Positions 1-13,569 are shown, numbered from the stretch's first letter. The stretch is DNA of 64,000 nucleotides from Takakia lepidozioides (GCA_030704615.1 CM060732.1:26040001-26104000), one strand, 5' to 3'. Made by a program: numbers and translations. Notes: generated by a model from the sequence alone, not told the origin.

Positions 1-363
1 CCAGTGGGTTCAAAAGAAGAGACCATAGGAATTTTCTTGCAGAGAGCCAACAAAAAGGCAGATTTAACAAGTTCAATGTCACACAAATCAGCAACCCAAC
101 TCCTTTACTGAAACCAAGACGAGCAAACCTGCTTCCGACTTCAGTGGAGTGGGTGTGCAGGAGCGTATGCCTTGTGCAAATGTGTGAATTTTGCTTTGTT
201 TGCCCCTGTTTCTCATACGCAAGGCCCTGTCCTCTCGCTTGGCTCATACGAGAGGCCTCGCATCATGCCGAGTGGAAATGATTTCGCATAGGACGGATTT
301 CTTCATGCTCCGATTCTAGGGTTTGAGTCCCTGTCTGCCCCCTATCCCACCAGCTCTGCTCGT

Positions 364-510
364 CGTCTCTCATGATCAGACTTGACCCTAAAACAAAACA
401 AACATAGCTCCGCCCTGTTCAACGTCTCTCATGATCAGACTCGACACTAAAAGAAAGCAAACACAGCTCCGTCCTGATTGTTGTCTCTCACGATCAAACT
501 CGACACAAAG
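364..510. repeat. Degenerate ~60-bp tandem repeat (about 2.5 copies)
   Basis: GTCTCTCA(T/C)GATCA(G/A)ACT(T/C)GAC recurs at about 365, 424 and 484. Confidence 0.75.
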
Positions 511-675
511 AAAATGGCAAGGGAGACAAAAAAACGCTAAGTCCCCTCTACTCATGACTGGATGGATGAGAAGACATTACCTTTATCATGGTAATTCCAC
601 TGTGGAGCGATTGAGTTAAGAATCTAAGATCGTTATTTTTCAAATATGAGCGGCATGAGTCCAGGGAATTCTTAG

Positions 676-885
676 GGAACCAGGGAACAGGGAACCAAGA
701 CAAGTTATTGAAAATAGATTTTCCCTTGTATTTGTTTTTTTTTAAAAAAGGGTGTTATGTTTAAAGAGCCTGGTTGGTCATATCTTTGTCAAATGAGCTC
801 CGTTTGACGCAATTTTTGGGGGGCTAGCTGCAGAAAGGGGAAATCTACTTACCTAGACCTGACCAAAAATCTATAGAATTTTTTT
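676..885 (+). repeat. Dispersed repeat; inverted copy at about 55520-55790
   Basis: GGAACCAGGGAACAGGGAACCAAGACAAG...TTGGTCATATCTTTGTCAAATGAGCTCCGTTTGAC...CTAGACCTG matches the reverse complement of 55520-55790. Confidence 0.9.
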
Positions 886-904
886 AATGTAAATTAGATC
901 CTTG

Positions 905-1360
905 ATAGATGGATGGATTTTGGGTTTTCCATCAATACATCCATCCATTCATTTGTTTTTCCATTTTTTGGCCATTTTAATTTCATCCATTCATCCAAAA
1001 TAAATCTTTAAATGAGTTTCACTGTCAGTTCATCCAATTGCTGTTAGCTCAGTGTTTGCATTATCATTCGTTCATACGTTCATCCAGTGCACAAAAGTTA
1101 TGTTTGATACGTTCATCCAATAGTTGCCAGCAAGGCATTTGTGTATCATTCGTTGAGATAATACAGTTGTTTTGTTTCACTAACCTTAACCAGCAGTCGA
1201 TTAGTTTTACTGTTAATCTGCTGGGTCAGTGAAACAGTAGTTAAATATTTTTACTACTTATTATCCTCATACTTAACGCGACCTAACAACCCTAAATTCG
1301 AGCACATTCATCCTAATTCATCCTAATTCATCCTAATCATTCATTCATCCATTCATTCAT
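905..1360. repeat. TCATCC-rich low-complexity tract, possible subterminal region of a DNA transposon
   Basis: Many TTCATCC/CATCCATCC motifs and a (TCCTAATTCA)n run; GGATGA/TCATCC arrays also at 12030-12210. Confidence 0.5.
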
Positions 1361-1554
1361 TCACAGGGTATGGCTTAGTGCCCGCGAGCAATGATATGTT
1401 GACACGTCGTCATTTGCAATCACATCCTGCATATGTTTCATCCATTTATGTTTGCATCGTCCACGTAGACACTCCTTGGGCAACCGGCAATCGCCACGTG
1501 CAGTTGTGAATACTGGCAGTCATACATTCCCATGCCCACGTCATCCTGTTGCAG

Positions 1555-4500
1555 TTTTGGCCATGACTCCTAGTCGTATCTACCATCTTCCCCTATCTGG
1601 TCAAACACGTTTGACCGCAGATCCTGAGGTGGCGAAGGTACAAGGTGGCATATACGACTTCTGCTGGTCACAAATGGCAACCAGGACTGCCCCCTTGCAT
1701 TTTGTAGACATATATGCTACGACTGGGCAAATGTGGCAGACGTTAAAGCCGGAATCTGTTGTAGTGTTGGTTGAACATGGTGGATGGTTGGGACGAGGTT
1801 TAGTTGCCACTAAAACCCTGGCCCGCTGCCGAGTTCCCGAAGCAGGTTACTCATTTTGTGGAGATGTTGAGAGGGTGTACAAACCCCAAAGCGCAGCGCG
1901 TACCACGAGACGACGTGTCCCCTACTGATCGGTAGCAGCAGCCCAAAGGAGCGAGAAAATGGAAGCATGATGTGCCTGCACCGTCACAAGTGGCTGCCCC
2001 TCACAAGAGGAGTAGCCGTAGGGGGTCCGACACCGATTTTGAGCGCACCAAACCAAAGAAGGGGGAAAAAAAGGTTAAGATTGTTACTACTTTATCCTCC
2101 GCCCGTGAGTGACAAGCCAAAGTGCGGCCTGAACTCGCTATCACTTGGAGTAGAAAGCCAAAGAAAAAGTATCCCTACAGCCGTGAGCAACAGCAGCAGA
2201 AATGGGGGGATTGGACATGGGAGGGATCCGTCTCAAAGTTAGGGGGACCAGTCCGGAAAACAGCAAAGACAACGCAGATGTAGGGGAGCAGACTACTCAG
2301 GACGACGAGGGGGAGCAGACGGATCATCAGGACGAGGGGGAGCAGCCTGGGAGCTCGGGGCCTCTTGCAGGGGATGGGGCCATGGACATCGACCACGACA
2401 CACCGCACCCGATCACTCCTGCTGGAACATTTATACTCCTGCAACATGGACTTCTCCCTTCCAATTTTGCTGACCAGATTGATGAAAGATTATGGGATGC
2501 ATTTGTGGATTTCGCATGGAGTGGAGGGTTTGCAAAGCGAGTGGAGAGGGCTGAACGCCGCTGGAGAAGATGGCTTCTACAAGAACAAGTTTGCTTCACC
2601 CCCCAATCTTCTTTTGAGTTTATGGCCATCTGCTCCCCCCAATAGTTTCCCAATATTGCCCCCGGTTTGTAAATGCTCATTCTGTGTTGCATTTTTTCCT
2701 GTAGATCAATGCTTCCACGGGAGAAATTGAGGCTGTGCGGAAATCAGTGCGGGCATGGAGCACCTGCAAAGACGATGTTCCATATGCTCTATCCATTGGG
2801 CTGGAGTTGGAAGATTTTGAGAGCTACCTTGTGGGAAAGATGAGTACCCCTATCGTAATACCCTCCTGTCCGGTGAATGCTGTTCCCCCCATCATGCCTG
2901 TCTCTGCTCCCCCTTCATCGTCTACCCCTGCCCCCCCCCGCCTCTGCTGCAAACAGGTCTGCTCGCCCCATATCAGGTCCCCCCACATCATGTCCCCCTT
3001 ACACCGTTCCCCCTCTGCTGCTCCCTCCTCTTCTGCTGCCCCCTCATTTGTAGATCTCCAGTTTGATATTGTTGAACTATTGCTGGAGGAGCAGGACGTT
3101 TGAAGTCTGCTTCCTGAATTCCCTCTCCTAAGAACTGCCGAGGAATCTGATGCCATTGTCACCTGGCTGAAACGTCAATGTCCAGCCCGACTGCCTCCGG
3201 TCCTTGTTCCCCTCCAAGTTTTTTCTACCATGGACCCTCGACCCCCTGTTTCACACTTGTATCCTTTGGCCGATTTAAGACACGACATCTGCCCCAGTCA
3301 TATCATGATGCTTTTTACACCGCAGACTGCTCACAAACTGCCCTACCATGGATTTGGACTCTTCTTGCATGGAGGTTGGCGGACGTTTGGGAATTTTCAG
3401 AATCAGGAGACTATGTTGAAAGAAGTGCTCCTGGCAGAGGGTCAGCTTAGATATGGTACAATGCAGGACAAAATGCAGATCGTCGACTCCTACCGAGCAT
3501 TTCTTCGCATGGTGCGTGCCGGAGCGTTTCATGAATTTGCAGCAACGGAAACCGCCCACTTCCAAGTTTTGTGGTGCAAGGGCCGATGCCAAAGGGATAT
3601 GACGTGCAGCCAAGGCCTGGGAGGATCTATTGTTTAGGCGGGAGCACATTGATTTGGGACGTTATGTGCATCTTTTGAGTAGGTGCATGCTTTGCCTCTC
3701 CAACAGTCTGTCATTGTGAAGATCAGAATTGGAATAGATAAATGGGGGAGCAGACTTTACAGTCGGCGGATCGGGGGATCAGGGGAACACGGGGGTCAAA
3801 GCTAGGACACAAGCGCTTGTCTCTGTGATAGGTGAGGCTGAGGCAGCTGATGTTGGAGTTGAAAATGCCATGGAGGAGGTCTTACGAGCAAACAAGGTGT
3901 TGTTGGCGAGAAGACATGAACTATACGACTGACGAGTGTCACCATATGCCCCTCACCTTTCCCACATCAATGTGGACGCCTTCAATTCATCGCAGTTGTC
4001 CCACCATGCATTGCAGATGGCGTCGTCAACACCCTCACAGGTTGAGGACCTTCAAGCGCCTCATACAGAGACTTTTCAAGTGGAATCTCCGACGGCAGGT
4101 TTCTACACACCCATTGCGGAAGTTGATGTCAATCCCATCCCCTCTCATACTGTTCTGCCTCACAGTCTTCTTTTAGACTCCCCAAGGGAATATTCCACTG
4201 CCCCCGCTGTCTCTGCTGCCCCCACCTCTTCTCCCCATCCTATCTCTGATCGCTCCCAAGGAGCGGCCCTCCTCTCTGCTACCCTCTCTGTCTTTGTTGC
4301 CCCATCATATGATGTCCCCGCCGCTGCTCCCCTTCAAATCTGTGAACCCGCACCAGGTGCTACCCTCCTCTCCGCCCCCCCCCCCCCCCCCCCCCCCTGT
4401 GTCTGCCGCCCTCTCTGCCACTCCTCCCCAACCATGTGATCCCCCCGCCTCTGCACTTCTTCCATTATCTGCTCCCCTAGAAGTGGCTACCCTCGTCTCA

Positions 4501-5790
4501 CCGCATGCTATCCCATCGGACTCATCTCCCTCCTCGCATGAGTTTTCTTTTTGTGCTCCCCCCTCATCTGGTACTGCTTTAGTGTGTATCACTGCTCCCT
4601 CCCTTTCTGATCTCCCTTTAGCCCTGGCAGCCCCCACCTCTACTCCCGATTTTTTGTCTGCTCCCCCAGATCTGCCTTCTATGAAGCATGCATCCGTGTG
4701 TGACCCTGGTCCCCCCATGTCTGCCCCTGACTTCCACTCTTCTTCCCCACATCTGCCTGCTCTCTCACATGCTACTGTGACTCCCTCCGGTCCCCCCCTC
4801 AGTGCTCCATCACCCAAGGTGTCATCCCCCAACGTTGTTCCCGATGTCATGCCTGCTCCCCTCCATGTATATGCTCTGTCGCGGGCTGCTGTGTCTCTCT
4901 GTGGTCGTTCAGTCTCTGCCCTTGTCCAATCACCTCTTTCAACTCATCCCGAGTCTGTGTGTACTTCCCACGTGGAGAGGGAGGATGTGCCAAGAATGGT
5001 GGATCCAACTACCAAGTCCAGCAGATTTGCAGCCGTTTCCAGTCCTCTTCCGACGACACAGGTTGAGGTTATTTCAACGTTGGTGACCCCTGAACGCCAG
5101 TCATTGGCAGGGAACACCGAATTGGCAACGGAGGGGTTTGTTCCGCCCATGTCAGTTTTCCTAGGTGCACCCCCGTATCATGCATAGGCCATCCCGTTGT
5201 TATCCGCACTCGCAAATAGTCTGGTCTCCCCCACAGCAGAGCGCTTACTCCAGCCCCCTGGTACTGCTCCCATCGCTTCCACAGATCATTGGAATATTGA
5301 ATTGGGGGTCACCCCTGGCTCCACATTCACCACGGGTCTGACGGTGCCTGTGCCTATGGTTTCTGCGCCAATCCCCCTGCACATGGGTTTGACCTCCGAC
5401 AAACCATCATCTGGCCCAGTAGTAGGTTGAACACGGCATAGGGTTGCTGCAAAAACTTTGGGACGCCAATTGAACTTGCATGGAGCAGGTGGATCAGAAA
5501 GAAACAAAGGATAAGGGGAAGGGGAAGGAACACATGAAGGGCAAGGGGGAGCAGACCGGAGAGGGGATCGGCAAGGGGAAGCAAAGACCCCCGAAGGATG
5601 AAGGAGAGCCGAAGCGTGCGCAAAAAATACGGGTGACGATGTGGGGGAGGGAGGAGAACCGTGCAGCTGAGGGGGAAAGTAAAGCTATCACCAGAACAAG
5701 GAAGAAACGGAAGGCGAAATCTGGTCGGCCAGAAGTCACTAAGTAAGTGGGCCAGGGCTTCCAACGACCAAGGGGGGACCAAATTCATGG
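1555..5790 (+). pseudogene. Probable upstream exons of the Ulp1-domain gene (unknown domains, Pro/Ser-rich linker, Lys/Gly-rich segment), disrupted
   Basis: Chain of co-oriented coding-like ORFs (1452-1928, 2202-2645, 3230-3637, 3936-5430, 5480-5746) with GT..AG breaks, leading into the Ulp1 exons. Confidence 0.4.
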
Positions 5791-5904
5791 TGAGTACATT
5801 CAGCAGGGCTTATACGCATGATAGGGGGATGATATGGTTGCTTGAAAATACCCTTAACAGTTAATTGTCTGCCTGTGTGACTTCGTGAACTTGTGTACAA
5901 TGCA

Positions 5905-6887
5905 GAAACCAGAATAGACTGAGGGAAAAGCTCCCAGAGGACAAGGGCTGCCTTGTTTTCTTCAAAGGCACTCCACAGGAGTCCATTATGGGTTCATGGG
6001 ATTATCTACGGTTGTCAAAATTGTATGGGGAAGCGGGGGATGGAGGGGTGTTTTTGTATGCCAATATTTTGCAGCTGTCCCTGGAGGAGAGTAATCGTTG
6101 CTGGTGGGCTATGATGGACACACTGATATGGACGGCTTTGGAGGCATCATCCAAGGACGACCTTCACAGGATTTCCAAAGGGCTTGTAAATGATTGGGTA
6201 ACTGAGAAGTGCCTAGGGAAGGATCCAGATAAGGTTCAGACATGGTTCGTCCCCTTATGCTCTGGGTACGTCCCTCAATCCTCTTATTTTGCAGCTTTGA
6301 CTGACTTTGATTTGATTTGGAGAATGGAAAACATGAGTCTGGCCTCAAACACATGTGCGTTCTGCAGGGGCCATTGGAGTTTAATGGTTTTTGATAAGTC
6401 CAAGTTTGTTCATCTGAATTCCATGACATCATTCAAATCCCATAGCCGACTTGCCTTTGAAATACGTCTTCGCACTTTTAGAGCATACCTACACAACGCC
6501 GAACCGGACTCAATACTTTGGAATGAAATAATGGCATGGGAGTGGCTGGAACCTGAGGTGCCACAACAACCAAGCGGCTGGGAGTGTGGCTACTTTGTAA
6601 TGACTTTCATACAGAAATACTTGGAGACCAAAATCACAAAAAAATGGGGGGCAACTTTTACAACAGATTGGTTTACATTTGAGTACGCAGTATCAAAGCA
6701 GGATTTTCTTTGTGGATGGATAGTGGATAATTGGGATGATGCAGATTTGCAGCGTAGATTGTCGCATGTGCATGCCTCGGATGCCTCGGATGTAGCTATT
6801 GTATCTCCATTCCCCACGAAAAAAAATGAAGCTTGTCCTCCTCTTTGTAATCCCTTTGTGCCTTCTTTGGCGTCCACTGTGCTGTGA
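5905..6887 (+). CDS. Ulp1-like (peptidase C48, SUMO-protease-like) domain, probably transposon-borne
   Basis: WFVPLCSG|GHWSLMVFD...VHLNSM...VPQQPSGWECGYFV carries the His, Gln and Cys motifs. An in-frame 102-nt GT-AG intron at 6266-6367 joins PLCSG to GHW. The usual catalytic Asp position reads Asn (LNS). Confidence 0.8.
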
Positions 6888-6889
6888 AG

Positions 6890-7385
6890 GGGATGAAGGG
6901 GTGAGGGGATCCTTGAGGTGGGTCAGACAACCAGGGATGAGGGGGGGTCAGGGTGATCAGGGGGCTCAGGTTTAGGGCGGGATCAGGGGATCAGGGGATC
7001 AGGGGGGGATTAGGGGGCTCGGGTTCAGGGCGGTCGAGGGATGAGGGGATGAAGAAGACAAGGGATTGTATAAGGGGTTAGCGGGGATCGGGGAAGCAGG
7101 GGAACCAGGGGAGTGGCCGGGCAAATGAGGGAATCAGGGAACCAGGGGAATGGGTGGGGAGAACAGGGGATCAGGGAACCAGGGGAATGGTTGGGGAGAT
7201 CAAGGGATTAAGGAAGCAGGGGAACCGGCCAGGAGAAGAGGGGATCAAGGAACCAGGGGGACGGGTGGGGAGATCAGGGGATCATGGAGGGAATGTCGGG
7301 AGCTGGACGGGGGATAAGGGGATGAGGGGACCATGGGGTGAGGGGATGAGGGACGGCAGGTTTTGAATCGGGGGATCGGGGGATT
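6890..7385 (+). repeat. G-rich GGGGATCAGG / GGAACCAGGG minisatellite-like tract
   Basis: Direct inspection; related motif at 3770-3800 and 12660-12810, and on the opposite strand at 15605-16010. Confidence 0.75.
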
Positions 7386-8506
7386 ACTGGTGAAAAGTCG
7401 CGTGTGAAGGGGCAAGTTGTGAAAGGTAATGTCCGTGCTTTGCACTATGAAAGGTCACGTCCCTTGCATGTACGAGTGGTGCATAAGCATACAACAAAAA
7501 CTGAAAATAACCCCCAAAGCAAAATTTGAAATTTGCCCAACAATGGCGGAGACCCCAGAGTCGGAAGATGACCCAAAGCCCACAAACTTTCGCTTTAGTC
7601 CAAGACAGTGTCATTTGCTCTCTGAAAGGGACGATGATACTGAAGCATTGGTTTTATGGTGCAGTGCCTTGCAAATGCAATGGTATCCTCCTTTTCAAAT
7701 GGAGAACTTTGAACTGGTGGCTTCACGTTGGAAGCGAATGTATAATGGTTATGAGACAGAATGGCTTTCAAAACCACATATACGGTGTCCGATATGTTAT
7801 ATACACTATGGGAATCCAAATGGTTCCCACCGAGGTCACCACAAATGTCTCTCATACCACTACAACAGATGAGCGTTTTTATGACTGCACATATGACTAT
7901 TTTTTCAGTCCTATATGCGTTCATGACTACATCACTCTGTAGTGAAAAAAGCCCTGTCATAGCGACTAGTCTTTAGGACTGAGTTTTGCAAGTCATAGCC
8001 GTGACTGTGTGCGTGGCACCTGCAGTCATGCATAAGAGAGTGATGTAGTCACAACTCTATGACTTATATATAACTAACTATATGACTACATTGTCTGCTG
8101 AGCGTTGCCTACATGGAGAGGCTCTAGAGGAACACGTGCACCACTGCGCAAGCAACACGTCACAACACTTGTTGCACTCTAGATGTGACATGTGGCACTT
8201 AGACAGAATATATGACTAGCATATATGACTACTTATCTTTACACGTGGTGAAAATATGGATAAAAGAATGTCGTGTCATATAATGCCACGTATTCTAGTT
8301 CAAGCAGGGTTTATGCCACGTGTCATCAAGAATGTTCTTTGAAAATAACTTAATAGTTTATATTTATAATTTTAAATTATTAAATTATATTTTATTTTTA
8401 AAAACAGGGGATAGCAGCTTGGAAATTTTTATTAAATGGTATTATTGTTTAATTTAATAATGTTATATAAAATAAAATAGATTAAATGATTTAAATTCTT
8501 CATTAC

Positions 8507-8580
8507 ATGGACCCCTCTTGCATACTAGCAACCACAATGACAAAATGGACCCTTCTTGCATACTAGCAACCACAATGACA
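8507..8580. repeat. ~38-bp tandem duplication
   Basis: ATGGACCC(C/T)TCTTGCATACTAGCAACCACAATGACA x2. Confidence 0.9.
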
Positions 8581-9544
8581 GTCAAAATAGACAAGTACAG
8601 GGGAATACACGCCCTGTAAATTATATTACAAAAATCCAAATGAGACCATTGTCCCAATGGATACCTCAAATGCCACAAGGTCCAAAAATCCATGCCTGAA
8701 AAGGCCCAGTAAGCAAAAAATAAGCAAGCCCACACAATGGGTTGTAGTACTAGTTTGTTCTGGTGCTACTAGAATCAATGACCCTGTTAAACAGTGCAAT
8801 ACTTCTTTGATACGGTTGATTCTGATAAGAGAGAAAAACAGGGTGAAATGTGTTGAAGAAGTACCTTGATTAACTATGCCTGATTTGATCAATTGTGCCG
8901 TTGTTGCTGCGGCTTCCAATTGACCATCGACCCATGCAGGTTTATTGTACCTATCCTTCCACAGGGAATCATAGGTAATCTGGAGCTTGAAATCCGGCCC
9001 TCTTGGATGAATCTGGACCCACACTCTATCCCTGCTCCTTCAGTTATCCATGCCCCTGCACAAATCATGCATACATCCTCGCCTTGCTGCTAGCAGCTGA
9101 GAATGATAGCCTAGAATTGCTTGAGCAAACACCCCAACCCTACTTATCACACTAGTTCCTATGCTGACTTACGTCTGCTTCCAAAAAACATTCACCTTTT
9201 GCCTCGATTGTTCCACCATTGACTGAGGTCGGAAACGTATTCATTCTAGAGCTTCTCCTCGAGTCTCTATTATCTATTTTTTGATACTTTCCTGTCGACC
9301 ACATTGGCAGTAACATGTCAAAATCACTCCAAAACCACCATAGATCCACCAACAAGCTAACTTGCAGAACTCAACATGAAAATTTAGGGACGACTCTGAT
9401 AGCAGGGGAAAACAGGGTGAAATACGTTGAAGAAGGTACCTTCATTAGCAGCACCTTATTCTATGAATTGTGTTGTTTCCGCTGCTGTTTCCAGTTGACC
9501 ATCTACCCACTTGTAGCCACTGTGCTATTGAAGAACGAGCCTCA

Positions 9545-9715
9545 TTCCCCCATCATTTGCTCATAGGTCTCCGAAGCCTCCATCCCGCATCCCCTACCCT
9601 GCAAGCATCGCACTCCACGACACCACATCTCGTTCAGCCATAGTGTTGAACACTCCCTTGGCATCCTCGATGCACCCACATTTGGCATACATGTCCACCA
9701 GGGCAGGGGCAGTGT
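9545..9715 (-). pseudogene. PLS-class PPR gene fragment
   Basis: Reverse strand reads [36 protein letters not shown]. Confidence 0.85.
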
Positions 9716-9788
9716 TTAGAATCTAAACCGTGCACAAAGGTTGAGTATTGGAGGTTGGCAAAGTCTGAGTATAGGTAGGAACAATACT

Positions 9789-10182
9789 GTGGGCTCTGCC
9801 AGTCTTCTCGCACAAGAAAACGTCACCAATTTGATGGTACGTACAGGTTCTACCAGAGTACCAATGATCACCAGCATATAGGTCAGTCATGCTTTGGCTG
9901 CGCCACCATGCTGTCACTTGGTCTACAACCGATGTATCCACCACCACAAGATCATCATGTACCTGAGAACCGAAAAAATCCACAAAACCATCTAGGTCTT
10001 TAGCTCTGTTGACCAACAGAGGCAGCCGAGATCAGAAGCATAAATGCCATGATCACAGCCCTAGACAGCAAAACCAAGGGGACAAAATGCTTTGGAAGGA
10101 AAACTTACAGCCTGCACCAGAGGGCCTCATCAGATGCAATGCTTCGTAGGAACCGGCACACACTTGAACATGTAGAAAGATC
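9789..10182 (-). pseudogene. F-box protein SKIP31-like gene fragment (two exons)
   Basis: Exon 10182-10109 DLSTCSSVCRFLRSIASDEALWCRL|gtaag (F-box end). Exon from 9962 VHDDLVVVDTSVVDQVTAW...SGRTCTYHQIGDVFLCEKTGRAH resembles SKIP31 as I recall it. Confidence 0.7.
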
Positions 10183-13100
10183 TTGCACAAAGATGCAATC
10201 CCAACCAGATCACACAACCTCCAAAATATGAAAAGTTCATTACTTTTACAGCGGAAAGCCAGACTTTCAGCACTGCCCTGCATGTCAGCCCAAGACAACA
10301 GGGCCTCGGGTCGCAACGACTGGCGATAAAAATCATGACAGACATTCACCTTTTTGGCTCGGTTGTCCCACCATGACTGGGGTCAGAAAAGTATTCATTC
10401 CACAACTTCCCCTCATCTCTGTTACCTCTCTTTTGGATACTTTCATGTTGTCACCATTGGCAAGTATCATGTCAAAGTCATTCCAAACTATCCCATGTCC
10501 ACTCAACCAGCTAACTTGCAGAATTCAACATGAAAATTTAGGGCCGATTCTGATAAGAGGGAAAAAACAGGGTGAATGAATGGTTGAAGAAGGTGTGTCA
10601 TTAGCAGACCATCTTCTCATTAGCAGATGTCTTGTAGCTGTTGATCCACAGGGATTCAGAAGTAATCTTGTGTTTGAAATCCGGCCTTCTTGGATGAATC
10701 TGGACCTCTATCCCTGGTTCTTCAGCTATCCCTGCCTGTGTTACAAATCATGAATACTTGATGTAAGCAGCTGACACTGGACGGCGTGAAGTTCTTCCAG
10801 CAAAACACCCCAACCCTAATTATTACAATAGTTCCAATTCTGAATTGCATCTGCTTCTCTCTAGTATAGTCCAACAGGCATTCACCTTTTTTGTCTCCAT
10901 TGTCCCGCCATTGACTGGGGTCGGAAAAGTGTTCATCCAAGCTTCTCCTCATCTCTGTTACTTATTTTTGGATACTTTTCTGCTGCTACATCGGCAGCAA
11001 CTTGTCAAAGTCACTCTAAACCACCACAGATCCGCCAACAAGCTAACTTACAGGATTCAATATGCATCTCAGGGCCCGAGTCTGATGAGAGGGCAAAACA
11101 GGCTGAAATAGGTGAAGAAGAAGGTGCCCTCACCACATTGTTCTTGACCTTGTGTCATGACCCATGGAGGATTTGACCGACCATCAACCCAAAATGACCT
11201 CTTGTGTGTGCTGCTTGTGTCTTGTAGTCAGGTGATGTAGATTGGTATGTGAGATCGAACCACCACGGTGCAGATGAGCAGGCAGAGATTGAAACACGGC
11301 CTGCTAAGACCAAGCTGACTCTCCCAGAACGGCGAGCTTCTCCTCGTCTCGTCTCTCTCCCAAAAACGGCGAGTTCGCAAGAATATTGGGAGCTTCTCCT
11401 CCTCGACGAGATGACGAGAGATGTCGGATGATGTCGGAGTTGTATCGTCTCTCCTCCTCTTCTCCTTCATTGGCTCAAGAGTGGGTAGGTCTGCAAAGCC
11501 TCCATCCCGCTCCAGCATCATCACGTTCCATGACACAACATCTCTCGCAGGTGTAGGAGAAAAAAAAAAAGCCCAAAGTCCCAGGCCTTTGTTCAGGGAA
11601 ACCCTATAACCAACTCTTTAATTTTTTTAAACCTTTTGCAAAACCCTATAAGCAACTGTTTGAAAAAAAATTAAACTTTTTGCACTTTGACTAATTCTAG
11701 TGGTCATAGGCTAAAAATCCTACTACCATCATCATCCCCTTCTATTGTTGCATCTGCCAAACTTCTCAGCCCGGACTTAAGCAAATTTGCTCATGAAGTT
11801 CGATATACCTAATCTTAAACCGTTAGATCTTAAACAATCTAGACCGTTAGATCTTATACAATCTATCGATTCAAAAATAATTTCCATGTACAACCATGAC
11901 CATTGCGTATCTTAATCTCATATATCTTGGAGTGCTTGTTAAGCCACGTCCATCCAGGTTCCAATTTATTTGAACATACTATCAAATCCCACACATATTC
12001 AAGATGATAGGAATTTGTGGTTAAAACATGGATGGATGAGCTCATCCAATGGATGGATCCAAATGTATTGCCTTCAAAATGACACGTGTGTGATGTAGTC
12101 ATATCTATCGGGTTATGAAACAACTGTTAGGCATATTAAGTTTCTATGTCATGTCATGTTGTGGATGAACTCATCCAATGGATGAACTCATCCAATGGAT
12201 GAATACATTCGTGTATGTGGCTTCAAAATGACACATGTAGTGATGTAGTTCATATAATTAGAGCTGTGTGAAACCATCCTTCAGATCATGGAGTCATAAG
12301 ATTCCATGTGAAACGTCGTCCACGTGTAGTCAAACATATCACAATAGGCAGAATAAACCATCCCGTCATCGTGGTCACAATGATGTGACCAATGCTTACC
12401 TAACTTTCCAGAGTCAGGTATGATATCCATTACTACAGAGTGATAAAACTATGATTGCAACGCATTTCAGCGGTCTGTGTCGTAATACCTAGTGCAGTTT
12501 TATGACTCCGCCCAAAAGCCAGTGTCCTAAAAAACGCTCATATCTTGTAGTGTACCATGTGAATCGAACAAAACATCATGGGTCACTGAACACAAGGCGT
12601 TGGCTTCAATAATTGCCCCGCGGGATGACAGCCGCAACTGCCTGGTTGAGCGAACTCTTTGGGTGATACATGGGGGAGCAGTGCATGGGGATGTGGGGAT
12701 GAGGGGGAGCAGTGAATGGGAAGGGGATCACGGGGAGCTGAGCAAAACCTCGGGGGCAGCAGGTAGGGGGCCAGCTGTGAAGGAGAGGGGGAGGAGGGGA
12801 TTAGGGAACCTTGCCATTTCAGGAAGGGGAGAGAGGCCGAAACACTCCACAAAGAGGGGCATGATGGAGGAGGGGAAGCAGTGTGATTGCAATGACAAAA
12901 AAAAATTGGCAGGGACCGCACTAGAGACTGGTGGCAACTGTTTTTCAGTATTGGAATTCAGGACTGTTAATTTAAGTGGGCGGTAAATTTGTGTTTGAAC
13001 ATCACTGCAAATGCATGCATACAGACTCAAATTGCAATAAAGATCATCCACATCTCCTTCATTCCATTGTGAATCACAGAACACATGCGTCACTGAACAT

Positions 13101-13569
13101 AGCTTCAGCCCATTTTGAATAATGAGAAATTGTTTGATACCAAATGCTTCGAAGAGAATGCAATCTCAAGGGAAATAAGCAATCTGAATGGGAGCACGAG
13201 AGCATAAACCTGCTTGCTCTCAACCCTTCAATCTGGGACGCCCAACTTGACGAAGTGCATGCAAAATAGACGAAGATGGAGGGATTGCTGAGACTCTTTG
13301 GATCCAAGGACGTCTTGATTTCCGTGACATAGAAACCAGCTCTACCCAATCCTTTCTTCTATCAAACCATTCCCGATCATCCTGAACACGTTCAAACCTT
13401 CTACAAGATGTGGTGGAGAAAGACCCGCAGCCATGCGTGTGGCCATTTGCGCTAGCTTTCCTCTCGTGACACGAAGGTCACTCAAAAAAGATGGTTCTGA
13501 AGGGCCATGTTAACCTTTCACACAAACTTCCAAACAGCATCTAAGTCTACGATGCCTTCATGATAGTTT

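Larger units (their letters stand above)
8810..11130 (-). repeat. Diverged ~530-575-bp tandem units of a coding-like fragment, interrupted at about 9520-10345
   Basis: Anchor TCTGAT...AAACAGG(G/C)TGAA...GAAGAAG at 8821, 9395, 10549, 11081; second anchor TCACCTTTT...GACTG(A/G)GGTC at about 9192, 10346, 10882. Confidence 0.8.

Noticed and set aside
364-510. CRISPR-like array (also considered for 62275-62720)
   Set aside because: Whole units are similar and degenerate, with no unique spacers and no cas genes
7429-7872. 147-aa Cys/His-containing ORF
   Set aside because: No recognisable domain; cannot be supported as a gene
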